Shown here: positions 48,987-58,981 of the stretch, piece after piece | Layout of the letters: each line of letters begins with the position of its first letter | How positions within the stretch are numbered: the stretch's first letter is position 1 | Assembly (NCBI GenBank): GCA_963662465.1 | Contig: OY759599.1 | Coordinates: 7,872,001 to 7,936,000 of the forward strand | Length of the DNA stretch: 64,000 bases | DNA from: Desulfatiglandales bacterium | GTDB taxonomy: Bacteria > Desulfobacterota > DSM-4660 > Desulfatiglandales > Desulfatiglandaceae | Direction: 5' to 3' | Made by a program: the position numbers and the translations under genes | Notes under the pieces: model-generated | Database searches by the model: none | Seen by the model: only the letters and a program-made list of their open reading frames with translations | Told to the model about the DNA's origin: nothing

Positions 48987-49922
48987 TCAGGCCTTGACCC
49001 CGGCCATTATTCCGGCGATATCCTCTTGATTAAATTGGTAGGGCGTTGCGCAATGCCGGCATTTGATCTCCAGGGGAAAAGGGCCGTTTTCAGCCAGATC
49101 CTTCAGGTCGGACATGGGAAGCATGGCCAGCATCTGTAGAACCCGGTTATGATTGCAGTGGCACATGAACTCAATCCGGTGATCCCCCAGAAATTGGGGA
49201 TTCAGACCCTTGAAAACATTTGAGACCAAAGCTTCAGGCGCTTCTCTATCCGCAAATGCCGTACCGATTGACGGCAGGTCCGCCGCCATGGCTTCAAGAT
49301 TGTCGATGGCGGCTCCATCGGCGCCGGGCATGACCTGTAAAAACAGGCCTCCGGCCCCGGTCGTATTTCCCCCGGGATCAAATTTGATGCTCAGGTTGAA
49401 GACCGTGGGGGTTTGTTCGGATTTGAGGTAATAGTATGCCAGGTCCTTGGCAATGCTGCCGTACATGAGTTCCACCTGGCCTGTAAAGGGTTGTTTCGCG
49501 TCCCTGAAGGTTTTGGCGACCGACAGGAAGCCGGCCCCAAAAAAGGGGGAAAGGTCGAAGTCTTGAAGGGGTTTGGTGATGGGGATGGGAACGTTTTTCA
49601 AATATCCCCGGACTTCGCCAAAGGCGTTCGCTTCCACCACAAGGCCTTTGATGGGACCCGAACAGTCTATTTTCAGACAGATCCGTTCATCTCCCTTGAG
49701 CCCGGCGCACATCAAAGCGGCTCCCATGTAGGCATGCCCCAGCACCAGGGTTTCCAGGATGCCCAGTTCATGGTTGGCCCGCATTTCATTGACCATGCGC
49801 GTTCCGTGCAGAATGGCTCCTCTGATCATGCCGCCTGAAAGGATGAAATGATAGAGTTTGTCCCTGGCATTGGCTTTAAGCTGGTCTTTCAAGGTGTTGC
49901 CGTAAGGTTGTTTCTTGATCAT
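48987..49922 (-). CDS. hslO: Hsp33 redox-regulated chaperone
   Basis: GPIKGLVVEAN..GEVRGY, YYLKSEQTP, AGGLFLQVMPG, C-terminal CHC...CRHC zinc motif. Confidence 0.9.
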   Translation of the reverse strand: MIKKQPYGNTLKDQLKANARDKLYHFILSGGMIRGAILHGTRMVNEMRANHELGILETLVLGHAYMGAALMCAGLKGDERICLKIDCSGPIKGLVVEANAFGEVRGYLKNVPIPITKPLQDFDLSPFFGAGFLSVAKTFRDAKQPFTGQVELMYGSIAKDLAYYYLKSEQTPTVFNLSIKFDPGGNTTGAGGLFLQVMPGADGAAIDNLEAMAADLPSIGTAFADREAPEALVSNVFKGLNPQFLGDHRIEFMCHCNHNRVLQMLAMLPMSDLKDLAENGPFPLEIKCRHCATPYQFNQEDIAGIMAGVKA

Positions 49923-49941
49923 GGGTTACCCGCCCTTGTGT

Positions 49942-50193
49942 TTAAAATTTTCTGATTTTTTTGAACAGATATTCCAGCCCGTTCACTTTAATTTCGTAAA
50001 CCGAGCGCAACATGACGCCCAGTTCCCCCGACGGAAAGCCTTTTTGTGAAAACCATACCACGTAGGGTTCGGGAAGATCCACGAGATAACGGCCGGCATA
50101 TTTGCCGAAGGGCATGCGCGTCTTTGCAATTTTCAACAGGAGGTCATAATTGGGAGCCACTGGCGTCCCTTCATCCAAGTGTTTTTGGCTCAT
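49942..50193 (-). CDS. DUF3820 family protein
   Basis: MPFGKYAGR.LVDLPEPYVVWF..KGFP.GELG..L...EIK.NGLE. Confidence 0.9.
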   Translation of the reverse strand: MSQKHLDEGTPVAPNYDLLLKIAKTRMPFGKYAGRYLVDLPEPYVVWFSQKGFPSGELGVMLRSVYEIKVNGLEYLFKKIRKF

Positions 50194-50228
50194 TTACATT
50201 TTTTCTCAAATGGTCAAGTGGAAGGGGT

Positions 50229-51356
50229 TCAGATTAAACCTTTCTCTTTTAATTTTTTGAAAAGGGAACCTCCCTGGTTCATGCTGTTGATGACAACAGA
50301 CGAAGTGATGGTTGCGGATGTAACAGCATCGACCTCGGAATCAAATGGCAAAGGATTGAAAACGTACTTTCCAACAACCTGTTGTCGCATTTTTTGGATG
50401 TCTTTTTCATCCCAGGGCTCGTTGCCGTACTTGGTCAATTCCAAAGGGATAAAATCCAGCACCTTTCCGGTATGATCGAAAATATAGATAAAGTGCGTAT
50501 CATGACAGAGATCGCAAGGGATTTTTCGGCTCACGACCCGTGCAAAAAGCCTAATTTCCGAAGTGCCCTTATGCTCTTTGCTGGTGTATAAGATCTCATC
50601 CTTGTCAAGGTCCACCTGTTTGATGCTCGTAAACCCATCGGCATGTTTGAAAAACGCCTGCACAATCTCCGCAAGCAGTTTCGTTTCCGGAAACGGTGTG
50701 TCCGGATGATCCGATTTGATCGCGGTTGCTTCAGCCCTTATTTGAACGGTCGGAACGTCTTCCTTTAAAAGGGATTGAATGTTATCATAAATTTGCTGGT
50801 AATCCTCATTGAATCCTAAATGGGCGCCGGCGATGATACCTCTGTTATTTTCGTGATCAATCTTCACGTACATCGCCAGGGGCGTCGGTGTTCTTCCAAT
50901 AGCGTCATATAACTTATATTCCGGATCTTCAATCACCGGGTAGGGAACCTTGAAGTGCTTCCTGTACAATTGGATATACTTGTCCTGATTGCCTGAGGCA
51001 ATGGATATTATTTTGATTTTTCCCTGAATATGGGGGTTTGCCTCTATCAATTCGTACAGTTTGTTGTATGCGGGGACCTGTTTTCGACAGCTGCCGCAAT
51101 TGATATTCATGATTTCGACCAGAACCAGGTCCGCTTTGAGGTTTTTCAGATGAAAAGTGGGGTTCCCCTTTGTTTCCAGGTATTCGGAATCTTTGGGGTC
51201 TCTGGACATTTTCAGGGGTAAGTCTGGAAAAAGATTCCCTTTCCGAAGGACAGCGTTCCGGCTGGAAAAAGCGTCGGCGAAATAACCTGAAAGGCCCGGG
51301 AGAATAATTATTCCGAAGAAAAAGACTGGCAGTATATGACGAATCCATTTTTGCAT
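50229..51356 (-). CDS. Exported TlpA/thioredoxin-like protein with C-terminal CxxCH and FMN-binding (flavinylation) motif
   Basis: Signal peptide; CGSC in a Trx fold (GRTPTP); CDLCH; DAVTSATITS. Confidence 0.75.
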   Translation of the reverse strand: MQKWIRHILPVFFFGIIILPGLSGYFADAFSSRNAVLRKGNLFPDLPLKMSRDPKDSEYLETKGNPTFHLKNLKADLVLVEIMNINCGSCRKQVPAYNKLYELIEANPHIQGKIKIISIASGNQDKYIQLYRKHFKVPYPVIEDPEYKLYDAIGRTPTPLAMYVKIDHENNRGIIAGAHLGFNEDYQQIYDNIQSLLKEDVPTVQIRAEATAIKSDHPDTPFPETKLLAEIVQAFFKHADGFTSIKQVDLDKDEILYTSKEHKGTSEIRLFARVVSRKIPCDLCHDTHFIYIFDHTGKVLDFIPLELTKYGNEPWDEKDIQKMRQQVVGKYVFNPLPFDSEVDAVTSATITSSVVINSMNQGGSLFKKLKEKGLI

Positions 51357-51527
51357 GGGCGAATGCCTTGCCGGTTTATGGGATCGTGATGTTTACAGGT
51401 GAAAAACTTGGGAAAAACAGCGACTGCAATCCATGGGGAGGACAAATCCTGCTTTTCCATGGATTACGGCCGCTGCGGGTAGAATGCCGAATCAAAACCG
51501 GCGGGTTGTCGACCTCCGATTTTTCAA

Positions 51528-51959
51528 CTATTGTACCTGGATTTCCCCTTTACCCTTGATGCCGCCAGGGGTTTCGACGGTGTATTTATAGGTGCCTTTT
51601 TCGTTAAATCGCAGACTGGTTGTTCCACCCAGTTTAATCCAGGTGGTGACGTAACAGTTTTTTGAGTCCATTTTGAAGCCGGTTTCCGCATCCGAGACGT
51701 CATCGCAGACCTTACCTTCTTCGAATATTATCTTTACCTCATAAGCGCGCGCCCAGTTGTTCCAAATTACCACGCTGCCGGGTGAGATGGCCAGGATTTC
51801 AGGTTCCAGACGTATGCCTTTGACATTATAGCTTTCGCCTCCCATGATTCGGACGATTCGCGCTTCCGATGCGTTGACTGTCTCTTGGTTCACCAGAATG
51901 GCGCTCAGGCAGAATACGAAAAGTACTCCCATAAAAGTTGTTATTGCTTTTTTGCTCAT
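51528..51959 (-). CDS. Exported cupredoxin-fold-like protein
   Basis: Signal peptide; LEPEILAISPGSVVIWNN, F.EKGTYKY, KGEIQV; canonical type-1 copper ligands not seen. Confidence 0.6.
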   Translation of the reverse strand: MSKKAITTFMGVLFVFCLSAILVNQETVNASEARIVRIMGGESYNVKGIRLEPEILAISPGSVVIWNNWARAYEVKIIFEEGKVCDDVSDAETGFKMDSKNCYVTTWIKLGGTTSLRFNEKGTYKYTVETPGGIKGKGEIQVQ

Positions 51960-52235
51960 AAAGGCCTCCTTAAATTGAGATTCAATAAACTTTCCTTAAA
52001 TTGGAAATATAGGTGATTTCTATTTATTCGTCAACGAAAACATGGGAAAATCCGGTAAGCATACCCTTCCATTAGCGTCTGTTAATTGGATCAACCTAAT
52101 CCGGTAGATTGGGTGACAGGTGAAGTTTTCTATGGTAAGAACTGTATCAGGGTTTGATTTTGATTAATTTATGAGAATCAAAAGGGGGGTTTTAAACTCT
52201 TTTTAAGCGGGTATTTGAAAGGAACCAACTGAGCC

Positions 52236-53147
52236 ATGTCAAAACCCCTTTCACAAAACAGCGGGAAAATTTCCGTTTTTCTGCCCTATGCCCTGTTGCT
52301 GGTCCCGCCCCTGTGCTGGGCCGGCAACGCCGTGCTGGCACGCGGCGTCGTGGATGTGGTGCCCCCCATCAGCCTCGCCTTCTGGCGGTGGTTCATGGCT
52401 TTTGCCATCCTGTTCCCTTTCGCTCGCCGTCAGGTGAAGCAGGATTGGAAAATGGCCATGCAGTCCTGGAAATGGTTGCTGCTGCTCTCTTTTCTGGGGA
52501 TTTCCTGCTTTAATTCGCTCCTTTATACGGCGGCTCACACTACCACCGCCATCAATGTGGCGCTGATGCAGACCGCCATGCCGGCCATGATCATTTTGAT
52601 ATCATGGGTGGCTTTCAGGGAAAAAATTACGCCTGTCCAGGTGGTGGGGGTCATGGTCTCCATGGTGGGGGCCGGCCTTATTGTAATTCATGGGCAATGG
52701 CAAATCCTGTTGTCCATGTCCCTGGTTGAAGGCGATGTGTTGATGCTCATTGCCGTGTTTCTTTATGCCCTTTATTCGGCCCTTTTGAGAAAGCGCCCGC
52801 CCATTCATCCCCTGAGCCTCCTGGCATTGACCTTCGGGTGGGGGACCTTGATGCTGTTGCCTTTCTACCTCTGGGAACTCATGGTGGTGGGGTCTTTTGC
52901 CGTCAGTTTTGCCGCCATTATGAGCATTCTCTATGTGGCCCTGTTTCCTTCGATTATTGCTTACTTCTGCTGGAATCGGGGCATTGAACTGATCGGGGCC
53001 AACCGGGCCGGATTATTTACTTATCTGATTCCTTTTTTTGCCTCGGTAATGGCCATTCTTTTCCTGGGAGAAACGCTGCGCGGATATCATGTGATTGGGA
53101 TGGCCCTGATTTTTGGTGGGATGGTGATATTCAACCGCAGGGGTTAA
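52236..53147 (+). CDS. EamA/DMT family transporter
   Basis: About 10 TM helices; WAGN.V..R, PPISLAFWRW, WNRGIELIGANRAG.F.YL.P. Confidence 0.92.
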   Translation: MSKPLSQNSGKISVFLPYALLLVPPLCWAGNAVLARGVVDVVPPISLAFWRWFMAFAILFPFARRQVKQDWKMAMQSWKWLLLLSFLGISCFNSLLYTAAHTTTAINVALMQTAMPAMIILISWVAFREKITPVQVVGVMVSMVGAGLIVIHGQWQILLSMSLVEGDVLMLIAVFLYALYSALLRKRPPIHPLSLLALTFGWGTLMLLPFYLWELMVVGSFAVSFAAIMSILYVALFPSIIAYFCWNRGIELIGANRAGLFTYLIPFFASVMAILFLGETLRGYHVIGMALIFGGMVIFNRRG

Positions 53148-55369
53148 CCCCCTTTTGTGATATCCAGGCGCAGGCTGCAACGCAAACACCGACTGGCCTC
53201 TTTGAGGGCCATCTCTTCTGAAAATCCCAGTTCCACCTGCTCAAAATTATTCACTCGCTTCTCAATGGGGAGGATGGGCATGGGCATCCTTTTAATCAGA
53301 AATTGATCTCCCTGTTCCAATTGCGGCGATAGTTTTGAAGAATTGAAGGCGCCCAAATCGATGATGTCGCAGCCGCCGAGATAGCAATTTATGGCATTGG
53401 CGGCTTTGGCGCCCATGGCAATGGCGTCCGTTACGGTTTTCGGGCCGCTGACGGCATCCCCGGCGGCGAAGACCCCTTCCCGTTGGGTCATAAAGGTTTC
53501 TTCCGAGACCTTGAACCGGCCTTTGGCGTTGGTGTTCGAGCTGAGGGTTGCGGGGATTTCGGGGTATTGGCCGATGGCGATCAGCACGGAATCCGTCTCA
53601 AAGGAAAATTCAGAACCTTTGATGGCTTTGGGACGGGGTCTGCCGCTGGCATCGGGCCTTTTGAGTTTGTATCGAAGGCATTGGATTCGAATGCCGGCAT
53701 CCGTTTTTTCAAAAAGGGTCGGTGATGCCAGATACTTGAATTGAATGCCTTCTTCCGCCGCCAGCTGAATTTCTTCGGGATGGGCGGGCATTTCGTTTAT
53801 GGATCGGCGGTAAACCACGGTGACCTCTTTTAAACCCAGACGTTTTGCTGTCCGTGCGGCATCCAGGGCCACATTGCCGCCCCCGATGATGACAACCCTT
53901 TCACCCAAAAAGACCTCTTTGCCCAAATTGATATGGCGAAGAAATTGAACGGCCCCCTGGACCCCGGGAAGGGTTTCGCCTTCGACGCCGAGGGATGTTT
54001 CCCCATGAGCGCCGATGGCCATTAAAACGGCGTCGAAGCCCTGGTCGAGGAGGTGATCAACGGATGTTACCAGGTGATCGGGGACGAACTCAACGCCCGT
54101 TTGGCGGAGTTTCAAAATTTCAGCGTCCAAAATCTTTTCCGGAAGGCGGAACCGGGGAATCCCGGAAAGGGGCATGCCGCCAGGTCTGTTTAAGGAGTCA
54201 AAAACAGTGACGTCGTGCCCACCGTGTTTTCGAAGGTAATAGGCGGCGGAAAGTCCCGCGGGCCCTGATCCCACTACGGCGACTTTCTTGTTTGAAACCA
54301 GACTGGGGGGTGTTTCCGCTTTATTTTCGGCATGTTCCACAACGAATCGTTTCAGCGCTTTTATGGCAACGGGTTCGTCCATATCCCCGCGTCTGCATGC
54401 TGTTTCGCAGGGATGGGTGCAGATGGTTCCGCACAGGGATGCAAAGGGGAGTTTTCTTTGAATAACGGTAAGAGCCTCATCGTACTTCCGCTGCGTAATG
54501 GCGTGAATGTAGCCCGGTATATCAATTTGTAAAGGGCATGCGGCCATGCAGGGGACGATGGCTTTCTTTCGCTCATCTTCCTTTAAGGTCGGTTTCCATT
54601 TTTCCGTTTTATCCACCAGTGCGCCGGTGGGACATACCGCTACGCACCCGAAACAGAAATGACAACCGGAGGCTTGAAAGGTTTCGGCTTTGGCGCCGGC
54701 AACGGCTCTGCCGCCCTGCATTACATATCCAAGGGCATTGATGCCGCGGACCTCTTTGCAGAACCGAACGCAGCGGGTACATCCCACACAGAGATTCGGG
54801 TCAAATTCAAAAAAAGGGTTGTCGCCAATGGGTGAAAATTCAATGGGGTCCCTGGGAATTGTGATGCCGATCATGCCCACATGGTCGGCGATGCGGATCA
54901 GCTCGCAATCGCCATACCCGGGACAGGCCACGCATCGGTCCGGAACATTGGCGCTTCTCACGCAGACGCCGAAGGGTGGACATCGTGGATCGCGATCGCA
55001 GGTGATGCAGATGTTGGGATGGCGCCCCAGGATCTCCTTGAGCCTGTCCTTTCTTTTTTGTTTTATTTCATCGGTTTGGGTAAAGACCGTCATGCCGCTT
55101 TCTACAAGGGTTTGACAGGCTCTCACCGGTGAATCCTGTCCCTGAATCTGAATCAGGCACAGGTTGCATGCCCAATTCGGATCCAGGGTATTATCGTTAT
55201 AAACTTTTTTTTGTCCATGATACACGAATGCATCGGGGGCCACATCCGTTGCGGGCACATCGGGATGAGAACAGAGAGACGGAATGGCGATACCGGCCTT
55301 TCGGGCCGCCTCAAGAAGGGTCGTTCCTTTTTCTGATTGGACTTTCCGTCCATTGATGGTTAGTTCCAT
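53144..55369 (-). CDS. GltD/PreT-like FAD/NAD(P) oxidoreductase with N-terminal NuoG-type Fe-S domains
   Basis: IPSLC.H, CNLC, RAC, HP.IC..C, two CxxCxxC..CP, PC.AACP, VVGSGPAGL, IIGGGNVA.D, FAAGD. Confidence 0.88.
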   Translation of the reverse strand: MELTINGRKVQSEKGTTLLEAARKAGIAIPSLCSHPDVPATDVAPDAFVYHGQKKVYNDNTLDPNWACNLCLIQIQGQDSPVRACQTLVESGMTVFTQTDEIKQKRKDRLKEILGRHPNICITCDRDPRCPPFGVCVRSANVPDRCVACPGYGDCELIRIADHVGMIGITIPRDPIEFSPIGDNPFFEFDPNLCVGCTRCVRFCKEVRGINALGYVMQGGRAVAGAKAETFQASGCHFCFGCVAVCPTGALVDKTEKWKPTLKEDERKKAIVPCMAACPLQIDIPGYIHAITQRKYDEALTVIQRKLPFASLCGTICTHPCETACRRGDMDEPVAIKALKRFVVEHAENKAETPPSLVSNKKVAVVGSGPAGLSAAYYLRKHGGHDVTVFDSLNRPGGMPLSGIPRFRLPEKILDAEILKLRQTGVEFVPDHLVTSVDHLLDQGFDAVLMAIGAHGETSLGVEGETLPGVQGAVQFLRHINLGKEVFLGERVVIIGGGNVALDAARTAKRLGLKEVTVVYRRSINEMPAHPEEIQLAAEEGIQFKYLASPTLFEKTDAGIRIQCLRYKLKRPDASGRPRPKAIKGSEFSFETDSVLIAIGQYPEIPATLSSNTNAKGRFKVSEETFMTQREGVFAAGDAVSGPKTVTDAIAMGAKAANAINCYLGGCDIIDLGAFNSSKLSPQLEQGDQFLIKRMPMPILPIEKRVNNFEQVELGFSEEMALKEASRCLRCSLRLDITKGG

Positions 55370-55424
55370 GGTTGTCGCCTCTGTTGCTCCCGATCTAAAT
55401 GGTTTGCACTTGAACCCCTGGTTT

Positions 55425-56738
55425 TTATCCCTCCAGACTGACGCCGATAACCGGATGTTTCTGCTCGACCATGCTCACCGCGTTTTCAGGGCAAATGGCC
55501 TGGCATAAGCCGCAACCGATGCAATAGCGCGAATCGATAACGAGTCTCAGCGGGTCGGTTTGAATGCTTCTGGCGGAACAGATGCCGTTGGCGCATCGAC
55601 CGCATCGCGTACACAGCCTGTCGTCCACGGTGGCAATAAAATCTTCGTTTCGCCAATCCAGTTCTTCAACGGGTTGAATGTACTTAACGCCCAAGCCGAT
55701 GAAATCCTCCACGCTGCTATATCCCATTTGGTCCATATAATCGGAGAGGAACTTCAGGGCTTCGTTAATGATGCCGGTTCCTTTCCAGAGAAGTCCGGAG
55801 GAGTATTCGCAGATTCTGGCGCCCAGCATCATTGCTTCAACAATGTGTTCAGGCTCCATCAGTCCGCCCACGCCGGCTTGTTCAATGCCCGGTACAAATG
55901 CGGAAATGACACCCAGATTTCGATACAGCAGGAACCGATCCCAGGGTCCCAGGGCCGCGCAAATGGGATTGGCGCTCATTCCCACCCATTTGCCTTTGCC
56001 GCCTTTATAAATATCCGGAGGCCCGCAGGTAATGGGGGCATTGATCCCTGTGATGAATTTCGCGCCTGCTTTCTGAATTTCTTCGGCGAGTCCAATGAGT
56101 CTGGGAAATCCCGTTTCAGGGGTCAGTTTGACGCCCACGGGGATGTTGACGCGATCTACAACCGCCTTGACCACGGGCGCCAGGAGTGCCGGCGAGTCCC
56201 CCAGCAGGCACCCGGCGGCTTCACACATTTCCCCACATTGATAGGCATGAACGGACTTGGCTTCAGTGGCGGGAATGGGGCAGGAGACGTTCATCTCAAT
56301 GATGTCGGCGCCGGCGTCTTCCGCCTCTTCACAGTGGTCAGCCCACCCTTCCGGGTCAGCGCCTGGACCGATCATATTGGCGATGACCGCCACATCATCG
56401 GGCAGATTCTCCCGAAGACGTTCGATCATGTTAAGGCCGGGGTTCAGCCGACACATGATTCTGGCCGCTTCCGTGGCCACCAGGAGTCCTTCCATGGCAA
56501 AGGGCGCTCTCGACCGGACGTTCTGGAACTTCCATGCGGGCGGCTTGTTCCGGGGATGTTCTTCTTCGGGGCAGATAAAAGGTGTATGCACGTATCCCAC
56601 GGCAAGATCCGCATAGCGTCGCAGGTGATCCGTCTCTGCTTTCGAGTCCCCGATGCCTGGGTTCAGAACCGCGTGGGATGCTACGCCAAGGGGGCTTCTC
56701 AGTTTTTTCCCAACAAAAGTAACACTTAAATCCGCCAT
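55425..56738 (-). CDS. PreA-like dihydropyrimidine dehydrogenase / dihydroorotate dehydrogenase-family subunit with ferredoxin tail
   Basis: EMNVSCP, PVGVKLTP, GVGG..E.MMLGA, C-terminal CTRCGRC and CIGCGLCQAICP. Confidence 0.8.
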   Translation of the reverse strand: MADLSVTFVGKKLRSPLGVASHAVLNPGIGDSKAETDHLRRYADLAVGYVHTPFICPEEEHPRNKPPAWKFQNVRSRAPFAMEGLLVATEAARIMCRLNPGLNMIERLRENLPDDVAVIANMIGPGADPEGWADHCEEAEDAGADIIEMNVSCPIPATEAKSVHAYQCGEMCEAAGCLLGDSPALLAPVVKAVVDRVNIPVGVKLTPETGFPRLIGLAEEIQKAGAKFITGINAPITCGPPDIYKGGKGKWVGMSANPICAALGPWDRFLLYRNLGVISAFVPGIEQAGVGGLMEPEHIVEAMMLGARICEYSSGLLWKGTGIINEALKFLSDYMDQMGYSSVEDFIGLGVKYIQPVEELDWRNEDFIATVDDRLCTRCGRCANGICSARSIQTDPLRLVIDSRYCIGCGLCQAICPENAVSMVEQKHPVIGVSLEG

Positions 56739-57138
56739 GCGTCTTCCTCCATAATTTTAAGGTGGGTCTTCTATGATGACTTTTTTTGAATGCTTTCAGC
56801 ACCATGACGAAATGGATAAAGCATAAAACATACCAAACTGCAGGGTCTCTTTGAGATCGCGTTAACTGTTTGATTTTAAATGATTTAAAATAACGGAATG
56901 TCAAAATGAAATGAAAGGTTTGAAAATTTATTTCAATTTGATGTGGAAAGCTTCTTTCAATGTTCCCCACGTTATGATAGTTGCCCTATGCGTCGGATCA
57001 TGACAAGTTTTCAAAATAGGGTATGGGGTCACCTCTTGATTTGTGATTTGGGAGGCGTTATGGTGTCTTTTATCGGTTGCACACAATATATTTCCCTGCT
57101 ATATGTATATGCCTATATAAATTCAGCAGGGTTGTTTT

Positions 57139-58452
57139 ATGGACATCACGACATTTACCCTTTCGAATCCGTGGCGAACAGGCCGGGACTGGGATGTCCC
57201 GGCTATTGAGAGATCGGTCACCGGCGAACTATTAAAATGGTTGGATGAGCCCGAGATCTTGATTCTTTCCGGGGCCCGCCAAGTTGGAAAAACCAGTGTT
57301 GTTTATCAGCTAATCGACTGGCTCATACGCACCGAAACCGCTAAACCGGAAGATATCTATTACTTCAATCTTGATTTCTCTGGTATTTCCGAATTCCTGG
57401 AAGATCAGGGGCGCTTCCTTCGCTTTCTGGATGTGGAAATGAAGCGAAAGATTTTTGTATTTATTGACGAAGTGCAGCGGCTTCCCCATCCGGGTGTTTT
57501 CATCAAAGCGCTTCAAGACCTGCATCTCCCGATAAAATATATTTTGACCGGATCTTCGTCACTCGATATTCGCACCAAAACACATGAAGCATTAACAGGG
57601 CGGAAACAGGTTTTCCATGTAGAAACGCTCTCGTTTGATGAATATGTGAAGACCATTCCGGCGTTGTCTTCGTTGCCCCTTCTGGATCGCGGGAATTATC
57701 AAGCCTATCTTGGCGCTTTGAATGATGCTCTGCGCGCATACGGTGTCTACGGTGGATACCCCGCCGTGGTGTTAACCTCCGATCCTGAAAAAAAGGCAAT
57801 GCGCCTTCATGAGATTTTTTCCAGCTATCTTGAAAAAGATATCGCTGGATTTTTGAAGGTGGAAAATGTTCCGGCTTTCCGAAAACTAGCTACTTTATTG
57901 TCGGCACAACAGGGGAATCTGGTCAATATAGAAGAACTCAGTTCTACTCTCGGGCTTCACCGTGAAACCGTCACAAGGTATATATACTTCTTGGAGGAGA
58001 CCTTTGTGATAAAACGCCTAACGCCTCTTTTTTCAAACCCTAGAACAGAGTTGAGCAAAATGCCCAAGATTTATTTTGCCGACCCGGGTCTGCGAAATCT
58101 TGCCATCGGCAGCTTCAACGATTTTTACGTACGGCCTGACACCGGTGAGATCGTAGAAGGTATTGTCGCTGCTCATCTTTTCAGGGGTCGTATCTTATCA
58201 AACCGGGTCAATTTTTGGCGGACTAAATCCGGTGCTGAAGTGGATTTCGTCATATCGAGCGCAAAACCGGTTCAAAGTATCGAAGTAAAAGCCGGGATTT
58301 TGAAAAAAGTCTCCATCAGTAGAGGTTATCGTTCATTCCTTTCCAAGTATGGCCCGGAAAAAGCTGTTATTTTGAACAGTACCCTGTGGTCCGAGGCGGA
58401 AATAGCCGGATGCACAGTAGAGGCAATTCCTACAGTTGCGTTTCTGTTGTAG
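57139..58452 (+). CDS. AAA_14 ATPase with DUF4143 domain
   Basis: NPW, GARQVGKT, FIDEVQ, TGSSS, LTGR, YGGYP, PKIYFADPG, FWRTKSGAEVDFV, IEVK. Confidence 0.9.
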   Translation: MDITTFTLSNPWRTGRDWDVPAIERSVTGELLKWLDEPEILILSGARQVGKTSVVYQLIDWLIRTETAKPEDIYYFNLDFSGISEFLEDQGRFLRFLDVEMKRKIFVFIDEVQRLPHPGVFIKALQDLHLPIKYILTGSSSLDIRTKTHEALTGRKQVFHVETLSFDEYVKTIPALSSLPLLDRGNYQAYLGALNDALRAYGVYGGYPAVVLTSDPEKKAMRLHEIFSSYLEKDIAGFLKVENVPAFRKLATLLSAQQGNLVNIEELSSTLGLHRETVTRYIYFLEETFVIKRLTPLFSNPRTELSKMPKIYFADPGLRNLAIGSFNDFYVRPDTGEIVEGIVAAHLFRGRILSNRVNFWRTKSGAEVDFVISSAKPVQSIEVKAGILKKVSISRGYRSFLSKYGPEKAVILNSTLWSEAEIAGCTVEAIPTVAFLL

Positions 58453-58469
58453 TCGCCGGACCGCCAACC

Positions 58470-58574
58470 GGGCAGACACACAGGTCTGCCCCTACGGGGA
58501 CATCGCGGTCAATGTCACGCCTGATTTTCCTGGTTATCGCGGTCTTCCGTAGGGGCAACCCCCTGTGGTTGCCC
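58470..58574. repeat. Two GTAG-family REP palindromes
   Basis: GGGCAGACACACAGGTCTGCCCCTAC (58470-58495) and GTAGGGGCAACCCCCTGTGGTTGCCC (58549-58574). Confidence 0.8.
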
Positions 58575-58702
58575 TGTTCGCTTGTTGTTTCCTCAATTTT
58601 GATAACGCAAATCTTCTATAACCCACCGTAAAGATACCGCCGTTCCGGGGATGGAAAATTGTTAAATTTGACATCGCCCATCATTGTTACTACAACAACT
58701 AC

Positions 58703-58981
58703 ATGAAATGGGATGAGGCGAAGCGCATCAAAAACCTGATGAAACACGGCCTGAATTTCAAGGATGCGAACAAGTACTTGAGAGCCCGTTTCGCCTTGAT
58801 GTGGAAACGGTGCGGAATAATGAGCGATGTACACAGTCGTTTGTTTATGTATTTGACCGTCTGGCTGTGTTAACCGTTGTCCATGCCGAAGACGGTGAGC
58901 GTGTTATCAGTTTTCGCACGGCCGGCTGGCCGGGAAGAAAGGGAAGTTTATCATGAGTGGCTTGAAAATGAATTTGAGTAA
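58703..58981 (+). pseudogene. BrnT toxin with two frameshifts
   Basis: MKWDEAKRIKNLMKHGLNFKDA, shifted ..VLTVVH..ERVISFR.A, shifted ..EREVYHEWLENE. Confidence 0.8.
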
